From IMG/VR virus record IMGVR_UViG_3300042890_002891, positions 194,831 through 258,830 of that record: a stretch of DNA of 64,000 nt. One strand, written 5' to 3'. Of the stretch, positions 45,277-55,065 are shown piece by piece (within the stretch, counting starts at the first letter, position 1; each line of letters starts with the position of its first letter). The notes under the pieces are model-generated. The model saw only the letters and a program-made list of their open reading frames with translations, searched no databases and was not told the DNA's origin. A program made the translations under genes and the position numbers. This stretch comes from a virus. Lineage: Duplodnaviria; Heunggongvirae; Uroviricota; Caudoviricetes.

Positions 45277-46878
45277 TTATGCTAGGTGGGTTATTGAATA
45301 TTGAATAGTACCAGCATTACCGGTACTGGAAGTGGTTGCAGTCCAGGATACCACACTGGCTGTTTCGCTCACAGCAAATGTCACACCCGGACCTGTGCCA
45401 TTATTTACACTGGTATCTTGTCCAGTTAATCCTGTGCCCGAGCTAGTTGTGCCTGCCACAATAAAATACACTCCGGTTTGAATGTCAACTGTTCTCACAA
45501 TAGTGTAATTGATTTGTACTGCACGAATTTTGGTCGCATCAAATGTGGTTATAACTTGACCGGCAGTGTTGTCCACCAAGGTCAGTGCCTGACCCGTTTC
45601 TCTTACATAGGTGCCTTGTTTGATTTGGTCAGCACTTTCATACGCAAGATTAACTCCATCATTTATGTTGATTCGTGGATAGGTGGTAGCATAAACAGCA
45701 GTACGTTCAAACATGTCACCTATGCTGACATTTTGTTCACCCAGGAAGTTGATTACTGATGTGGCTGGACTTGTGGTTCCATTAAAGTGGTTGCCAACGT
45801 CATAGAACACATTGTAGCCCGAAGCATTGAGTCCGGTGTTGGCAGCAATTTTGATACCTTCAGCATAGATGTTATCAAAGCTGTTGCCCAGGATTCGGAA
45901 TCCAGTTGGTCCACCATTCACAGGCGTCGGGTCACCCAACAGCACACCTTGGAACAATGTGTCAAATTGGCTTTCAGTTACCACACACCCTTGCGTTTCG
46001 TTGGCAGTGTTGAATGCCCAGGTGGCGCCTGTAAAACTGCATCTACGGAAGGTGATGTTGTTGCAGATCAAACTCAGAGTTGAGTCAAACCGCACACATG
46101 CCATATTGTCAGCATCTGTCACAAGATCGGCCTGAACCAACGGTCCGTTAAAACCAACATCGGTAAATGTGCAAAAACTAGCATCCTGTACCAGCATGAT
46201 GTCTGTGATTGCCAATGACTGGAATCCTAGGAAAGCAATTTCAATATTGGTAGGTGCAATAGCACCGTTATTTCCAATGTTTACACCTGTCTGTTGTAGA
46301 CTGTCGCCAAATCTGGCCACGTATTCACTCAAGGTACTTGTAGGGCTTGAAGTGTCCAGCGTAATAACACTAGAGTTTGCACCTTCGCCGTAGAGTCTGG
46401 CATAAGGCGGAATTATGATTGATTCAGTAACCAAGTAAACGCCGGCCGGGAAGAACAACGACCGGCGAATTTGTGGATTGATTTCTCTACAGAACAACTG
46501 GTACAATGCGCGATTGATAGCAGCCGTATCGTCTGTGACACCATCGCCTACTGCACCAAAGTCCAGGACGCTGGCAAATTGATCCAACCAGTTTTGTAAA
46601 CTCAAACTAACTGGACTGCCTGACGTGGCACCAGTTTGCACAGTGTATCCAGCAGCAGCACCTTGGTAGGTGTATGCTCCATTTACCAACAGCAAATCTG
46701 AGAACTCTGTGAGAACTTCAGTATTGCCAACAACCGGTGCGCCATCCTGAAGGGTGCCATTGCCGATGTATAATTTGCGTTCGTCAATAGCCCAGCCCAA
46801 TTCTGCACCGGCCAATTGCGGCAGATTTTCTGCTAGACCTTTACGGTTTGTGATGCGACTAACTTGTACAATTGCCAT
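45277..46878 (-). CDS. tail spike/fibre with a pectate-lyase-like right-handed beta-helix
   Basis: LDFGAVGDGVTDDTAAINRAL N-terminal beta-helix signature; 533 aa; RBS AGGATTC. Confidence 0.65.
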   Translation of the reverse strand: MAIVQVSRITNRKGLAENLPQLAGAELGWAIDERKLYIGNGTLQDGAPVVGNTEVLTEFSDLLLVNGAYTYQGAAAGYTVQTGATSGSPVSLSLQNWLDQFASVLDFGAVGDGVTDDTAAINRALYQLFCREINPQIRRSLFFPAGVYLVTESIIIPPYARLYGEGANSSVITLDTSSPTSTLSEYVARFGDSLQQTGVNIGNNGAIAPTNIEIAFLGFQSLAITDIMLVQDASFCTFTDVGFNGPLVQADLVTDADNMACVRFDSTLSLICNNITFRRCSFTGATWAFNTANETQGCVVTESQFDTLFQGVLLGDPTPVNGGPTGFRILGNSFDNIYAEGIKIAANTGLNASGYNVFYDVGNHFNGTTSPATSVINFLGEQNVSIGDMFERTAVYATTYPRININDGVNLAYESADQIKQGTYVRETGQALTLVDNTAGQVITTFDATKIRAVQINYTIVRTVDIQTGVYFIVAGTTSSGTGLTGQDTSVNNGTGPGVTFAVSETASVVSWTATTSSTGNAGTIQYSITHLA

Positions 46879-46902
46879 ATGAATCCTGATTCTGTGCTGT
46901 AT

Positions 46903-47613
46903 TTAGCGTGTGGCGTAATACAGCTCAACTCGTTTCATCCACTCATTGGTCCAGTGTGCAAACTCGTCTCCCTCAATCACGTACTCGGTGTATATGGGCT
47001 TGCCCAGGCTACCGTCTGCTAGTACATCGGGCTGTTGAGCCATCAAAATAACGCCGCAGTCAATGGCAGTACCGTGGGTTTCGTTGTGTGCTGCTGCATA
47101 CGCTGCCAACTGCACAAAATAATCATCAATCCATTCACGTTTTTTGGGTTTGTTGGTCTGTTTGAAATCCATGATAGCAGGCTTGTTTTTCCATACGCCC
47201 AAACAGTCTGTGGTTCCGGCATATAACCCACTATAATACACAGGAACTTCTGCACCCCAAAATTCATTCACATGGCACAGTCCTTGTAGAATAACTTCTG
47301 CTGCCATGAACCATGAAGGATGTGCAAAAGGATTGCCGGGCAAGGGTTTCATGTCATCATTCAACATGTAGTGCTCAAGATACGCATGCATGCGTGTGCC
47401 ACGGTTGGCTGCTTCTGTGGTAATTTCTTGTGCTTTTTGTTCGCCCACCCGCCGGCGCCAGTTGGCCAGGACCTGACGTTTTTCTTCTGACTTGGTTCGG
47501 TCCAGTATTGTGGTTACACTGGGTACCTTGCTGCCGTCGGGCAAACAGTAGTGTCGTTTGCCGTCTATGGTTTCTCTATTGATGGGCGTGTAGTTGTATC
47601 GGTTGACTATCAT
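46903..47613 (-). CDS. PD-(D/E)XK-family nuclease (Cas4/RecB-like exonuclease)
   Basis: TDCLGVW...IMDFKQT matches a D...(D/E)xK core; tentative. Confidence 0.45.
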   Translation of the reverse strand: MIVNRYNYTPINRETIDGKRHYCLPDGSKVPSVTTILDRTKSEEKRQVLANWRRRVGEQKAQEITTEAANRGTRMHAYLEHYMLNDDMKPLPGNPFAHPSWFMAAEVILQGLCHVNEFWGAEVPVYYSGLYAGTTDCLGVWKNKPAIMDFKQTNKPKKREWIDDYFVQLAAYAAAHNETHGTAIDCGVILMAQQPDVLADGSLGKPIYTEYVIEGDEFAHWTNEWMKRVELYYATR

Positions 47614-47934
47614 TTAAACTCTAAAACTTTCTCCACAACCACAGCGGTCGCGTTCGTTGGGATTTGAAAATTCAAATCCTTCATTGAGACCTTGTCTTGT
47701 GTAGTCTACTTCAAGTCCTTGAAGATAGGCACAACTTTTGGGATCAACAAACAATTTGCAGTTGGCACAGTCAATGCAGATATCTTCAGGTTGTGCTGTA
47801 TCTACATATTCCAACACATAAGCAAGTCCTGAGCAACCTGTGGTTCTTACACCAACACGAATACCAATACCATGGCCGCGACGTTGAATGGTTTGAGTTA
47901 TTTTTCTAGCAGCATCATCAGTTAAGGAGATCAT
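47614..47934 (-). CDS. iscA: Fe-S cluster A-type carrier IscA/ErpA/HesB
   Basis: C-terminal CGCGESF and an upstream Cys; 106 aa. Confidence 0.8.
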   Translation of the reverse strand: MISLTDDAARKITQTIQRRGHGIGIRVGVRTTGCSGLAYVLEYVDTAQPEDICIDCANCKLFVDPKSCAYLQGLEVDYTRQGLNEGFEFSNPNERDRCGCGESFRV

Positions 47935-48310
47935 GCTTGCTTTTGTAATCTGCTACTGCGGCCTTGATGGCATCTTCAGCCAGGATGCTACAGTGGATCT
48001 TGACCGGAGGTAATGCTAGTTCTTCGGCAATGTCGGAGTTTTTGATTGTTCCTGCTTTGTCGATGTGCATTCCTTTGACCCATTCGGTAATGAGGCTCGA
48101 ACTCGCAATAGCCGATCCGCAGCCATACGTTTTAAATTTTGCATCTGTAATAATACCTGTATCATTGTCAACCTTTATTTGTAACTTCATTACGTCACCG
48201 CAGGCAGGTGCTCCTACCATGCCTGTGCCAACGTCTACATCGCCTTTTTCAAAGCTGCCCACATTGCGTGGATTTTCGTAGTGATCGATTACTTGATTTG
48301 AATAAGCCAT
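47918..48310 (-). CDS. iscU: Fe-S cluster scaffold IscU
   Basis: Almost residue-for-residue IscU: VIDHYENPRNVGSF, GAPACGDVMKLQIKV, YGCGSAIASSS, LPPVKIHCSILAEDAIKAA. Start at MAYSNQ with RBS AAAAGGAACC. Confidence 0.9.
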   Translation of the reverse strand: MAYSNQVIDHYENPRNVGSFEKGDVDVGTGMVGAPACGDVMKLQIKVDNDTGIITDAKFKTYGCGSAIASSSLITEWVKGMHIDKAGTIKNSDIAEELALPPVKIHCSILAEDAIKAAVADYKSKHDLLN

Positions 48311-48366
48311 ACAGGTTCCTTTTGTTGAGTATACTACCAACAGGCTGACTAGTCAACCAGTTTGAA

Positions 48367-48717
48367 TCAACCGAGATTACGGTCTTTGTTCATGGCCGAT
48401 TTTGCAGCCTGTGCCACAATATTTTGTGCTTGATTTACCGGCATAGCAGTGGGTCCAGGTTGTTCGCCGCCTTTGAATATCAATTCAGTAGCATCTGGCG
48501 ACATGGGTTCTATTATGCCACTCAAGGGCGGTTGGCCAACTAGGCTTTGCAAAGTATCAGGAGTGATATCAATCCCAATATTTTTAGCACGATTGATAAA
48601 TGCCTGAACAGGCATTTGTAGTTTTGCAGAAGTATCTGTGGCACGGCCCACAGCAAATTGGGCCAGGGCCAGTAATTTGTCTGCGGTGTCGTCTACAGCT
48701 ACTTCATCAATTCGCAT
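48367..48717 (-). CDS. hypothetical protein (116 aa)
   Basis: ORF. Confidence 0.45.
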   Translation of the reverse strand: MRIDEVAVDDTADKLLALAQFAVGRATDTSAKLQMPVQAFINRAKNIGIDITPDTLQSLVGQPPLSGIIEPMSPDATELIFKGGEQPGPTAMPVNQAQNIVAQAAKSAMNKDRNLG

Positions 48718-49601
48718 TATCTGCGCTCTCGTCCTAGAGATGCTGCAGGGCCAACGGCTGCTGCATCTAGTTCTTCTTCAGGAGAGGGTGCAGTCATGCT
48801 CACGTCAATTTGTTCTTCGCCGGCTGGTGGAGGTGGAGCCATTTCAGCTCCGGGCATTTCAACAGGGCCTTGACCAGTTACCACACCAAGAGCTTGTTCC
48901 AGCTGTTGTTTGCTGCCTTGCAGATTCTGAACCAGTCCGGTCAATGCTGCTTGTGCATCATTGTTGAACTGAGCTGCTTGATCTGCACCAATTTGATTTT
49001 TAATTGAATCAACCAAGGCTGGCAATTCTTTGAACTGCATCTCAGTGGTGTCTTCAATCATGCCTTGCATTTTGTCAACCATGTCTTGTGCAGCCAGAAC
49101 TACTTGGGCTTGCTGAACTTCGCTTTCGCTAAGATAGTATCCATAAGTTTGAGCACGACGACGTTCTTGCACTGAGGTAGTGCTGCTGAGATTGGTAAGT
49201 TCGTTCTGCTTGTCGGTCACTTGTTTTTTCAGATCTTCAAGTTCTTTTTGTATCTGTGTCTTCTGGTCCATCTTTTGCTTGGCAGCCATGGCAGCAGCCT
49301 GTTGGGGATTTACTCCCGGTGCAGGGGCAGCAGTGTTGGCAGCGGCCATTTCATCTTCGTAGATTTTTTCTGCAAGTGCCTGTTCCATCATCATCAATTT
49401 CAGGTAAGCAGGGTCACGCTCACTGGTGTGACGTGCAGGGCCGCTTCTGTGTTCAGATAATACCCCACGTACCTTGCGATACATGTTGTGCAGTTGACCG
49501 CGATTCATTGAGTCAAATTGAACTTGTTGATCAAAATGACTCTCGAATACCTTAGCGATTTGTTGTGTGGGGCGTGTTACGGCCAGTTCGTTTAGTTTCA
49601 T
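48717..49601 (-). CDS. Q/A/E-rich coiled-coil protein ending in LGRERR (scaffold- or internal-core-like)
   Basis: 294 aa; long coiled coil; C-terminal ...ASLGRERR is shared with 9417..10961. Confidence 0.5.
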   Translation of the reverse strand: MKLNELAVTRPTQQIAKVFESHFDQQVQFDSMNRGQLHNMYRKVRGVLSEHRSGPARHTSERDPAYLKLMMMEQALAEKIYEDEMAAANTAAPAPGVNPQQAAAMAAKQKMDQKTQIQKELEDLKKQVTDKQNELTNLSSTTSVQERRRAQTYGYYLSESEVQQAQVVLAAQDMVDKMQGMIEDTTEMQFKELPALVDSIKNQIGADQAAQFNNDAQAALTGLVQNLQGSKQQLEQALGVVTGQGPVEMPGAEMAPPPPAGEEQIDVSMTAPSPEEELDAAAVGPAASLGRERR

Positions 49602-50043
49602 TTGAGTTTCCTCGTAGTTGCCAGTATTTAGCCAAATTTATACATTTTGTCAACTCTTGTTCCAGCAGTTGACTTTGGTCTTGTCGGTAGGATACTTTGG
49701 TTATTACAGTTTCCCAGGCAGTTCCCGACATACGATCTGCAATGTTCTTACGGATGTAAATATCATTGCGCAATCGTGTGAGTGATTGATCTAGCTCTTG
49801 TATTTGTCTAGCAAGATTAAAATAGTTTAATCTGTCGGCTATGCACCAGGCAAGTGCAGATTTAGTAGTGCTAAATTTGCCCACAGCATCGTCTCTTATG
49901 GAAACGTCAAATCCCGGATCTCTGGGCTGTATTGTGTATTTGCCAAAAGCACGATATTTTTCCCCGTCTTCTACAATGACGTTTTCCAGCAGATGAGGCA
50001 GTTCTCTTTCGGCCAGGGCGGCCAATTTGCGGCTGGCTTTCAT
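49552..50043 (-). CDS. hypothetical protein (163 aa)
   Basis: Start at the ATGA overlap. Confidence 0.4.
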   Translation of the reverse strand: MKASRKLAALAERELPHLLENVIVEDGEKYRAFGKYTIQPRDPGFDVSIRDDAVGKFSTTKSALAWCIADRLNYFNLARQIQELDQSLTRLRNDIYIRKNIADRMSGTAWETVITKVSYRQDQSQLLEQELTKCINLAKYWQLRGNSNETKRTGRNTPHTTNR

Positions 50044-50300
50044 TTGAATACGTAGTGTGATAACAACCAACCAACAGTGGCCAACAAGAACCCAATAGAT
50101 CCAAGTCCCCAGTTTATCAATTGATTGTTTCGATTGTCCACAATTTTATGCATCATGGCATGAACTTCTTCTGTCATGTCTTTTAGTCGACTGATAGCAG
50201 AATTGGCAGAATCTAGTTGCAGTTCTAGATGGCGATAACGTTCGGCGCAGAGCTCTACATGCGCTTCCAGGCTCTTCTTTTCGATTTCTGTTGTGTCCAT
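50040..50300 (-). CDS. tail-anchored membrane protein (coiled coil plus C-terminal TM)
   Basis: ...LINWGLGSIGFLLATVGWLLSHYVFK C-terminal helix. Confidence 0.45.
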   Translation of the reverse strand: MDTTEIEKKSLEAHVELCAERYRHLELQLDSANSAISRLKDMTEEVHAMMHKIVDNRNNQLINWGLGSIGFLLATVGWLLSHYVFK

Positions 50301-50303
50301 GAA

Positions 50304-50714
50304 TTATTTATGGCCTTTTGGATAGAACCAAATGTTCACGTCTGGTTGTAGTAGTGTGGTCAGTTGTTGCTGAACATAGTTGATGATTGGAACGCCGCGG
50401 CATGCCTGTTTGAGCAAGCCCACTGGATCTTCATCGAGTCTGAACACATCATCAAACTCTGTTTCAAACTCAAATTCCCAACGACCGTTTTGCATTCGTA
50501 TGTTAGATATGTGCTGCGGCTGTGTGTACAGTCCTATCAATTGCAATATAGTTTCCCAGTTGCGTTGTTGATTTCTACTGCTGTTCCAGGATTCAAAATT
50601 GGTTATTGATTGATCTGCTCGGTCCACAAACGGCAAGACGCTTGTTCGAAAATGTCCTGTAACACCAGTGGGTCTACAATCAAAATCAGTCAATACACAA
50701 ATACTATATGCCAT
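50304..50714 (-). CDS. hypothetical protein (136 aa)
   Basis: ORF downstream of the terminator. Confidence 0.45.
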   Translation of the reverse strand: MAYSICVLTDFDCRPTGVTGHFRTSVLPFVDRADQSITNFESWNSSRNQQRNWETILQLIGLYTQPQHISNIRMQNGRWEFEFETEFDDVFRLDEDPVGLLKQACRGVPIINYVQQQLTTLLQPDVNIWFYPKGHK

Positions 50715-50730
50715 GGAGTATTTACGGCCA

Positions 50731-50758
50731 AAAAAAAGCCCCGGAAATAAACCAGGGC
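50731..50758 (-). terminator. rho-independent terminator after 50784..51215
   Basis: Minus strand GCCCTGG-TTTATTT-CCGGGGC followed by T8. Confidence 0.65.
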
Positions 50759-50783
50759 CTTGATTTTTTACTACTATCTAGTA

Positions 50784-51215
50784 TTAGACAGGAGCAAAGT
50801 TGGTAGCAGCAGTAGTGAACACTGCATTGCCGGCTGCTGAACTCAATTCCAAGTTCTGACCACCAGATGCCACTGTGGCACTGGTATTAGCAGTGGTCAA
50901 CAATGTGGCAGCAGTGTATGCGCCTGTTGGATAGATAGCCAAGTTCAACACTGTTGGTGCTGCTGGACTAACTTGATACATGGCCACAGTGCCCTTGGTC
51001 TGAATAGCTTGCAACACATTGTTGATATAGCCATTCACGTTTGCTGATGTAGTCAACGCACCATTGGCAACCAAGCTGAAGAAATCCAGCTTGGGACCTT
51101 GGAAGTTAACTGAACCAGTTGCAGCAATGTTAGCTGTTCCGCCAATGTTGCCATTGGCTGTATCCATGTTGAATACTGGTTGATTCGTGCCGTTTGTTTT
51201 TGTAAATCCTGACAT
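50784..51215 (-). CDS. abundant virion structural protein candidate (143 aa, T/A/N/G-rich)
   Basis: Optimal RBS TAAGGAGACTTTAAATG plus its own strong terminator; composition typical of capsid decoration or tail proteins. Confidence 0.5.
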   Translation of the reverse strand: MSGFTKTNGTNQPVFNMDTANGNIGGTANIAATGSVNFQGPKLDFFSLVANGALTTSANVNGYINNVLQAIQTKGTVAMYQVSPAAPTVLNLAIYPTGAYTAATLLTTANTSATVASGGQNLELSSAAGNAVFTTAATNFAPV

Positions 51216-51277
51216 TTAAAGTCTCCTTAAGTAAGTGGGCTACTTGCCCTACTTTTATTTATCGATCTTGATAAAAA

Positions 51278-53227
51278 TTAAGGGCTTGGTGGGTTGTTTC
51301 GAGCTTTGTTTCTGGCTGTGAAATCAAAGCGATTTACTGCTTTACCATAGCCTGCAGGGGTTGCAAACACCCATCCTTCGTTGCCGGGCACTTGTGCATC
51401 CAGCTTGGTCAACAGGTCCAGTTTCAGATCATGCAGCAATTCAAACAACACAAAGGCAGCAGCCAAGGCTTGTTCATTGCTGGTAGGGCTGCGCAGATAT
51501 TGCAGAATGTTGTTGTACTTTTGCGGTGTTTGAGTCTGTTGCAGCCAGGCTAGAAATCCCGGCACAAGATCACTAAAATTGCCAGTGTATGCTGCATGGT
51601 TTGGATCCACACGTTTGTTGATGTAGTCTATTGCCAGCTTGGCCAAGTCAGTTATTTTCATGGCACGTAGTTCAGCAGGATTAAACAAGGTGTTCATGAC
51701 TGCTCGGTTTTGGCGCAACAGTGACTTGATTTGTTTGACAATGGGATCTGCTGTTTCCACAGGCTTAGCATATATGGGTTCGATCAACAACAGGCCGGGC
51801 ACAGGATTAAACTTGACTCTGCTGAGTGGCTGCTTGGCAGCGCCTGCATCTTCGTACATGGTATGCACAGCAACACCAACTTGAGATCCTGCAATGTCCT
51901 TGCCCAGTTTGCTGGCAACTGGAATTCTGTATTCCACAGTGTTTGGTTTGAATTCCACCAGACCTGCGTTTATTTCCCAGGGCTTTTCGGGACTGTACAA
52001 CAGGTCGCCCTTGACATAGCCACGAAAGTTTTCTGGAGTAGCAGCTTCCAAATATGGCCAGATACTCTGATACACTGGCAACAGTGTCTGCACTCGGGTG
52101 GCCTGATTGCCTTTGGCAGCAGCATTGGCATCACGCTGTGCCATGTGGTCAGCCACAGCATCGGTACTGGTAAACAGGCCATCATATCCAACTGCACCGA
52201 ATCCTGCATCATCTGTGAGCACAAATTCTCCGGTTTCGGGCTTGCGACCAAATACCACAGCAGGCTTTCCGTCCCATTTGACTGACCCTTGTTTGGGCTG
52301 TTTGTAAAAAGAATCAGCAATGGCCAGCGCACGGTCAACACCCGCGGTTCCTTGACGGAACACATAGTCTTCCAGATGCTCAATACCCTTGGCTTGGCCG
52401 CCCACCGCAGTGGGCTCTTGTTCGTATATCTGATACAAGGGCTTGGCTTCGATCAATTGCTGCATGCCTTGATTTACTATTCTGTCCCGTAGTCTGGCCA
52501 AGAAGTTAACATCATTTTCTTTTACAGGCATTTCGGGTTCTTTAAGGCCTTCACGGGCTAGATATTCACGAAAGTCTTTGAGCTTGGCGTCACGGTCGGG
52601 GTCCTTTGCTAGAGCAGCATAAATTGATTCTACATTCTTTAGTGCAGCTCGGTCCTGAGTGCCGCCCAGCAATACCGCAGACACATAGTCTGGATCTTGA
52701 CCGCCTCGGACCAGTTCATTTGTGGTGCGGCTGATCATGCCATTTGCGCCCACCTTGAGTCCGGCTTGTTTGGCCAAGCTGCTCAGCAGCACATTGCGAT
52801 TCATGCCCTTGTAGGCTGATCCTTCAGATCCACCATAATAGAATGTGCCCCAATCCAGGTTGGGAAAGAACATAAAATCAGTCTGTACAAATCCTTTTTC
52901 GGGATCTCCGCCGATGGGAGTTCTAAGATGCACTTCGCCTGATTTACGAACCCATTCACGAGGGTCGAGTCCTTGACTGGTGGCCCATTGTGTTAGCCCG
53001 GCTGCCACCTGTTCTTTGGTTGTTTCTCCAAGATCCACAGCTAGATCCAGGTCACCAGATGTGGCCTTGCGGCCAGTGCTGCCCAACCAACGATCTTCAG
53101 GAAATTCAATACCTGTAACTTGTTCCACCCAGGCAATGGTAGCGGCAACGTCAGCTTGATTGATGCGTTGTGTCAGTGGTTGGCCTTGGGGGTCTTTGAA
53201 TACATTGCCGCCTTCGAAAATTTTCAT
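51278..53227 (-). CDS. nucleotidyltransferase-superfamily protein with a KxDG motif (putative RNA ligase / second ligase)
   Basis: SVKWDGKPAVVF covalent-nucleotidyl-transferase motif I at about residue 330 of 649. Start at the ATG after ACAGGATCAAG. Confidence 0.45.
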   Translation of the reverse strand: MKIFEGGNVFKDPQGQPLTQRINQADVAATIAWVEQVTGIEFPEDRWLGSTGRKATSGDLDLAVDLGETTKEQVAAGLTQWATSQGLDPREWVRKSGEVHLRTPIGGDPEKGFVQTDFMFFPNLDWGTFYYGGSEGSAYKGMNRNVLLSSLAKQAGLKVGANGMISRTTNELVRGGQDPDYVSAVLLGGTQDRAALKNVESIYAALAKDPDRDAKLKDFREYLAREGLKEPEMPVKENDVNFLARLRDRIVNQGMQQLIEAKPLYQIYEQEPTAVGGQAKGIEHLEDYVFRQGTAGVDRALAIADSFYKQPKQGSVKWDGKPAVVFGRKPETGEFVLTDDAGFGAVGYDGLFTSTDAVADHMAQRDANAAAKGNQATRVQTLLPVYQSIWPYLEAATPENFRGYVKGDLLYSPEKPWEINAGLVEFKPNTVEYRIPVASKLGKDIAGSQVGVAVHTMYEDAGAAKQPLSRVKFNPVPGLLLIEPIYAKPVETADPIVKQIKSLLRQNRAVMNTLFNPAELRAMKITDLAKLAIDYINKRVDPNHAAYTGNFSDLVPGFLAWLQQTQTPQKYNNILQYLRSPTSNEQALAAAFVLFELLHDLKLDLLTKLDAQVPGNEGWVFATPAGYGKAVNRFDFTARNKARNNPPSP

Positions 53228-53243
53228 CTTGATCCTGTTGAGT

Positions 53244-53492
53244 TTATGTGCTTGTTGGAGTTTTTCTAACGGTTCTAGCAAAACGTCCTGCGTCCCGGGT
53301 ACGGATAGAATTCAGCAGTTTGCGTGTGAGATTTTCTGCTTGCTCGGGTGTGTATGTAGCATCAATCTGCTCCAGCAAGTTGATAGCACTGGCTATGACA
53401 TTTGATGCCCGACTCTCAATCACTAGATCGCGTTCACGCTCGATATACATGGAATCTAATTCTTCTAACAAACTACGGGTGCGTTTTTGCAT
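53244..53492 (-). CDS. hypothetical protein (82 aa)
   Basis: ORF. Confidence 0.4.
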   Translation of the reverse strand: MQKRTRSLLEELDSMYIERERDLVIESRASNVIASAINLLEQIDATYTPEQAENLTRKLLNSIRTRDAGRFARTVRKTPTST

Positions 53493-53546
53493 GATTTTTA
53501 TTGCAGACCTTTGACATTATTTATCGGTTTTTGATTTCAACTAGAG

Positions 53547-54275
53547 TTAGTTAGACTTGAGTCGATTATTTATTTCTGCCCAGATTGATTCTCTATCCAG
53601 ATCATATGGAATCCACTGTGTTTGATTGATTAGTGACTCTAATTCTTTTTGTAAATTTGGATCAATAGTAACATTGATCTGAGGAATAATTTGTTCTATT
53701 AACCAATGAAAATGTACAATCGGCGACGGTTGCACTTCTGCTTGCCTAGTTGTGCTAAATTGATTATTTTTACTAAAAAAATTTTCTGAGTCTGTGCTTG
53801 TATGAACTATTTGGCAATTTAAATTTTCAGCTGTTTGCGATACTAGTGCATGATATACTTGTTGTCTACGATTGTGTTGGCTTTGTTGTACATAAAGGCT
53901 GTGGTAATGCTGGACCTCCTGAACTTTGCTAGCACTACTTAACCACCAGTTTTTTCCTTGCAAATCTACATTGACGTTGAAATGATACGTTGGGTCGTTG
54001 GCAATAATCTCTTGCCAGGAGTCATCTTCGATTATCTTATCAAATCTGTCAGCGGTCGGCCACTGAAAGATTACTATGCTATCATGCATCTGATCTAATA
54101 GATCAACAAATCCTGAGACTAAAAATTCAGTACCTGCTCCAATTCCTGCGGTATTGATTACTTGATGTTCGGGCACCAGCGTTTGTAAAATCTGAGGCCA
54201 CTCTGGCCATATATGCCCGGTTGCAAATCCGTCACCAAAACAAAAGATTTTCTTCATATCAAAATCTTTGATCAA
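53547..54275 (-). CDS. SGNH/GDSL hydrolase-like protein (paralog of 57459..58190)
   Basis: MKKIFCFGDGFATGH block-I-like motif; same length and N-terminus pattern as the other SGNH gene. Confidence 0.5.
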   Translation of the reverse strand: MIKDFDMKKIFCFGDGFATGHIWPEWPQILQTLVPEHQVINTAGIGAGTEFLVSGFVDLLDQMHDSIVIFQWPTADRFDKIIEDDSWQEIIANDPTYHFNVNVDLQGKNWWLSSASKVQEVQHYHSLYVQQSQHNRRQQVYHALVSQTAENLNCQIVHTSTDSENFFSKNNQFSTTRQAEVQPSPIVHFHWLIEQIIPQINVTIDPNLQKELESLINQTQWIPYDLDRESIWAEINNRLKSN

Positions 54276-55065
54276 AAGTTTTTAAGTGTTGATCCACAAT
54301 GTTCCATATCTGACAGGTGGATGTAGGATAATTATTATTATCAAACAACTCTCCATCAAATATTCCAATGGACTTTGACAACAAACTATTGATTAATGCC
54401 TGAGATATTTCATTACTAAAAAATTCAATATTGTTTCCTGCAATTGCGGCATGTGCCAAGTGTTTGCATTCTTTGTAATATTGCCATCCTTGGTTTCTAG
54501 TTAAAAATTCTTCCAATAAATCACTTAGCTCCCGGTCGGGTACGAATGTTATTTCTAAAAAATTGGCCAGGCGATACAGTTCATTATAAAATTCCACTAG
54601 ATCAAACAAACTTTCCATGTTAAATTCAAAAACTACTGCGTCGGGCCAGCGCCAATTATCTGGCAAAGAATATCCATCAACAGTTGAATTAAATTTAGCA
54701 TACCACTCATTTCTAAGTTTTACAGGACTATGTCTCACTGATTCTGGGGTTAGTTTTATTTTTTTTTCTAAAGGTATATCGCCGGCTCGGCTCATGACAT
54801 TGATTTGATATATCCAGTTGGCCCAGTCCTGACTAATGTTGATTCTAACTACCTTGGTTGGAGTATTTTGTGATATATCAAACTCAGTATAATGTGCAGC
54901 TTCTACTATCCTGTGCGCCATGTAATTTTTGTCATTGCGAATTTGATGGCAAGATCCGTGCTCAGTAAAAATATTATGTACCCTTGGACCCTTGTGTAGC
55001 CAGGTGTTTATCACGTATTCTAAAAAATGTCCATGGCTTCCAGAAAAAAAATCTAGGTATATCAT
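54259..55065 (-). CDS. hypothetical protein (268 aa)
   Basis: ORF. Confidence 0.45.
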   Translation of the reverse strand: MIYLDFFSGSHGHFLEYVINTWLHKGPRVHNIFTEHGSCHQIRNDKNYMAHRIVEAAHYTEFDISQNTPTKVVRINISQDWANWIYQINVMSRAGDIPLEKKIKLTPESVRHSPVKLRNEWYAKFNSTVDGYSLPDNWRWPDAVVFEFNMESLFDLVEFYNELYRLANFLEITFVPDRELSDLLEEFLTRNQGWQYYKECKHLAHAAIAGNNIEFFSNEISQALINSLLSKSIGIFDGELFDNNNYPTSTCQIWNIVDQHLKTFDQRF

